A stretch of 64,000 bases of DNA from Waddliaceae bacterium (GTDB lineage Bacteria; Chlamydiota; Chlamydiia; Chlamydiales; SLFE01): positions 112,764 to 176,763 of the forward strand of contig CAWAPJ010000001.1 of the NCBI GenBank assembly GCA_963783885.1, written 5' to 3'. Below, in pieces: positions 62,333 through 64,000 of the stretch. The notes beneath the pieces are model-generated. The model had not been told where the DNA came from, did not search any database, and worked only from the letters and a program-made list of their open reading frames with translations. Position 1 is the stretch's first letter; each line of letters opens with the position of its first letter. Both the position numbers and the translations under genes were made by a program.

Positions 62333-62435
62333 GAAAGTGTTCGCTGATCTACGTCCCTAAAGAACGAAGCGCGGGCGCCTTGCAGCTCTTCGCCCGCGCT
62401 GCGTTTTCCAGGAACGTATATCACCGAATGCTTAC
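62333..62435. repeat. Palindromic element (family A) downstream of proX
   Basis: GAAAGTGTTCGCTGATCTACGT...AGCGCGGGCG..CGCCCGCGCT...AACGTATATCACCGAATGCTTAC; right arm nearly identical to 13977-14024. Confidence 0.85.
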
Positions 62436-62542
62436 AATGTAAAGGGCCCTAAAAGCCCACAAACGCATTACATCCGAAAAAATATTCTTGCTTTGTTTTG
62501 CTATTAACCATATAATTTTTCACTAACTTTTATTCAAAAAAC

Positions 62543-62878
62543 ATGGGGTTTATCTTGAAAAAAATGCTTATCTTTTCACTTATTTTATTTACTAACTGCC
62601 TAACAGCAATTGAAACCTCAATCCTTTCCGATGAGTTCGTTGCCTATCACCTAAAAGCGGCTGTAGAAGACATTGAAGATGAAGATATCTTTAATTTGAT
62701 TGCCATCAATGTCGAGAATCTTAAATATTGCGGGACGACAAAATCAGCAGCGAATGAACTCATTAATTTGATCGAGGAGGGGTATAAAATCGATGCTTTT
62801 AATATGGCAAAATTAATTGATATTTTGCAAATCGCAAATGCTTTAAAAAATACCACTAAGACCCTGATTGCTACCTAA
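62543..62878 (+). pseudogene. Exported hypothetical protein truncated by IS982 copy 3
   Basis: Signal peptide; ends in TLIAT*, which is encoded by the IS terminal IR. Confidence 0.6.
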
Positions 62879-64000
62879 ACCTTAGCTAGAGCTTACACGA
62901 GTGCGCCAGATACAACTGTAGCGTCGACGGCAAGGGTAATCCCTTGCCGAGGCGCTACAGGCAGTAGATGGTGTGCTCGTGTAAGTTCTAGCTGAGCTCC
63001 CCTTTGCATAAAAACGAAACACTATAGGCAAGAATTGCACAGAATACTTTTATCAAAAAGCCTTGTTCAGTGCAGAACTTAAAAGTTCTGGGGAAAAGGT
63101 TTGTTATGCAGCTAAATGTCGTCTCGACAATCTGTCGCTTGCTGCTAATTTCCCTCTCTTCAATTGGTGTTCGGACTCTATTCTTTGCTTTACATCCCCG
63201 TTTTGCAAGCAATGTAATTTGTTCTTCTTTCAAGATGTCTTCTAAATCAAAGCAATTATACGCACCATCTGCATAAAGTTTAGAATCTGGTGGAATGTCC
63301 AGTTTCATTTCCCAGAGCACCTTTACATCGCTTACTGCTCCTGGCTTGAAAAGAACTTCAACCGGCTTGCCTTCGCTCGTCACAATCATATGAACTTTTA
63401 TGCCGCAAAAGTAACGCTTTTTAGAAGCTGCGAAACCTAAATACCTTCGTTCTAGAAAAACCTTCCGTTTATCGATTCTATTTTTCTGACAACATGAAAC
63501 TGGAAAGCTGTCTATAGCAAAACCCTGATCTTTATTTATTTGCTTAAAAAATAGAGCTAAAAAACGGAAAATGGCGTTCCAACAAATCCAAGGAATTTTA
63601 TGAATTCGGCGATTTAGCCGGCTATTGCTTAAAATAGCTCTGAATAATCGTAATCTTTTACATAAATATCTGGACATTTTATAGTTACAAGAAAAATATT
63701 TTGCTGATAAAATAGCAAAAGTTATCACTTCTGCGTTGGACATTTGAGATTGAGGATCGTCTTTAATCCCCAAAATTCGAAGGATTTCTTCGCTGATGAC
63801 ATAAACTGTTGTTGCGTAAGTTTCCATGATGCCCCCTTTTTTTGGCTAAGGAAGTATCATAGAGACTATTGTCGTTAAAATCTTTCATTGAATTCATCTG
63901 CTAAGCCTCGATTATCGGCAAGGGATTACCCTTGCCTTCAAATCGAGTCTACGCATCTGAATCCAACGAAAGACTTTAACAACAAGTTTAGGTAGCAATC
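62861..64000 (-). mobile_element. IS982-family insertion sequence, copy 3 (last 5 bp beyond the window)
   Basis: IR at 62861 preceded by CTAAG; other IR cut by the window end. Confidence 0.9.
62988..63827 (-). CDS. IS982-family transposase (full length)
   Basis: 279 aa, near-identical to copy 1. Confidence 0.9.
   Translation of the reverse strand: METYATTVYVISEEILRILGIKDDPQSQMSNAEVITFAILSAKYFSCNYKMSRYLCKRLRLFRAILSNSRLNRRIHKIPWICWNAIFRFLALFFKQINKDQGFAIDSFPVSCCQKNRIDKRKVFLERRYLGFAASKKRYFCGIKVHMIVTSEGKPVEVLFKPGAVSDVKVLWEMKLDIPPDSKLYADGAYNCFDLEDILKEEQITLLAKRGCKAKNRVRTPIEEREISSKRQIVETTFSCITNLFPRTFKFCTEQGFLIKVFCAILAYSVSFLCKGELS

Noticed and set aside
1-64000. CRISPR array, rRNA, prophage or retron
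   Set aside because: No regularly spaced direct repeats, cas, phage or reverse transcriptase genes seen by eye; the repeats found are dispersed inverted elements

Overview
This window is a chromosomal segment of an environmental Chlamydiae bacterium. That assignment is inferred from the chlamydial gene orders infA-tuf-secE-nusG-rplKAJL-rpoBC, rpe-efp-accB-accC and fabH-fabD-fabG-acpP / recR-bamA-skp-lpxD, plus long-form IspG, PknD and DUF5407 needle-like genes. The housekeeping backbone carries 5 tRNAs. It is interrupted by candidate eukaryote-like effectors (frameshifted F-box-LRR, RasGEF-like, RING-TM, Inc-like), a catB gene beside tRNA-Ser, three tandem WspA-type chemoreceptors (one frameshifted), two tandem T3SS-needle-like paralogs, umuDC and a glycine-betaine ABC transporter. 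Three near-identical IS982-family copies are present (20-bp IR, 5-bp TSD); one splits a decayed sulfotransferase gene. The most unusual signal is a set of 85-170 bp palindromic elements from several families. One family has GTAA-type ends and 8-9 bp flanking direct repeats, and has inserted in frame (31 codons) into the RasGEF-like gene. The IS982 itself carries two ~110-nt hairpins capped by the same palindrome. All family assignments come from motif recognition by eye; no database search was run.
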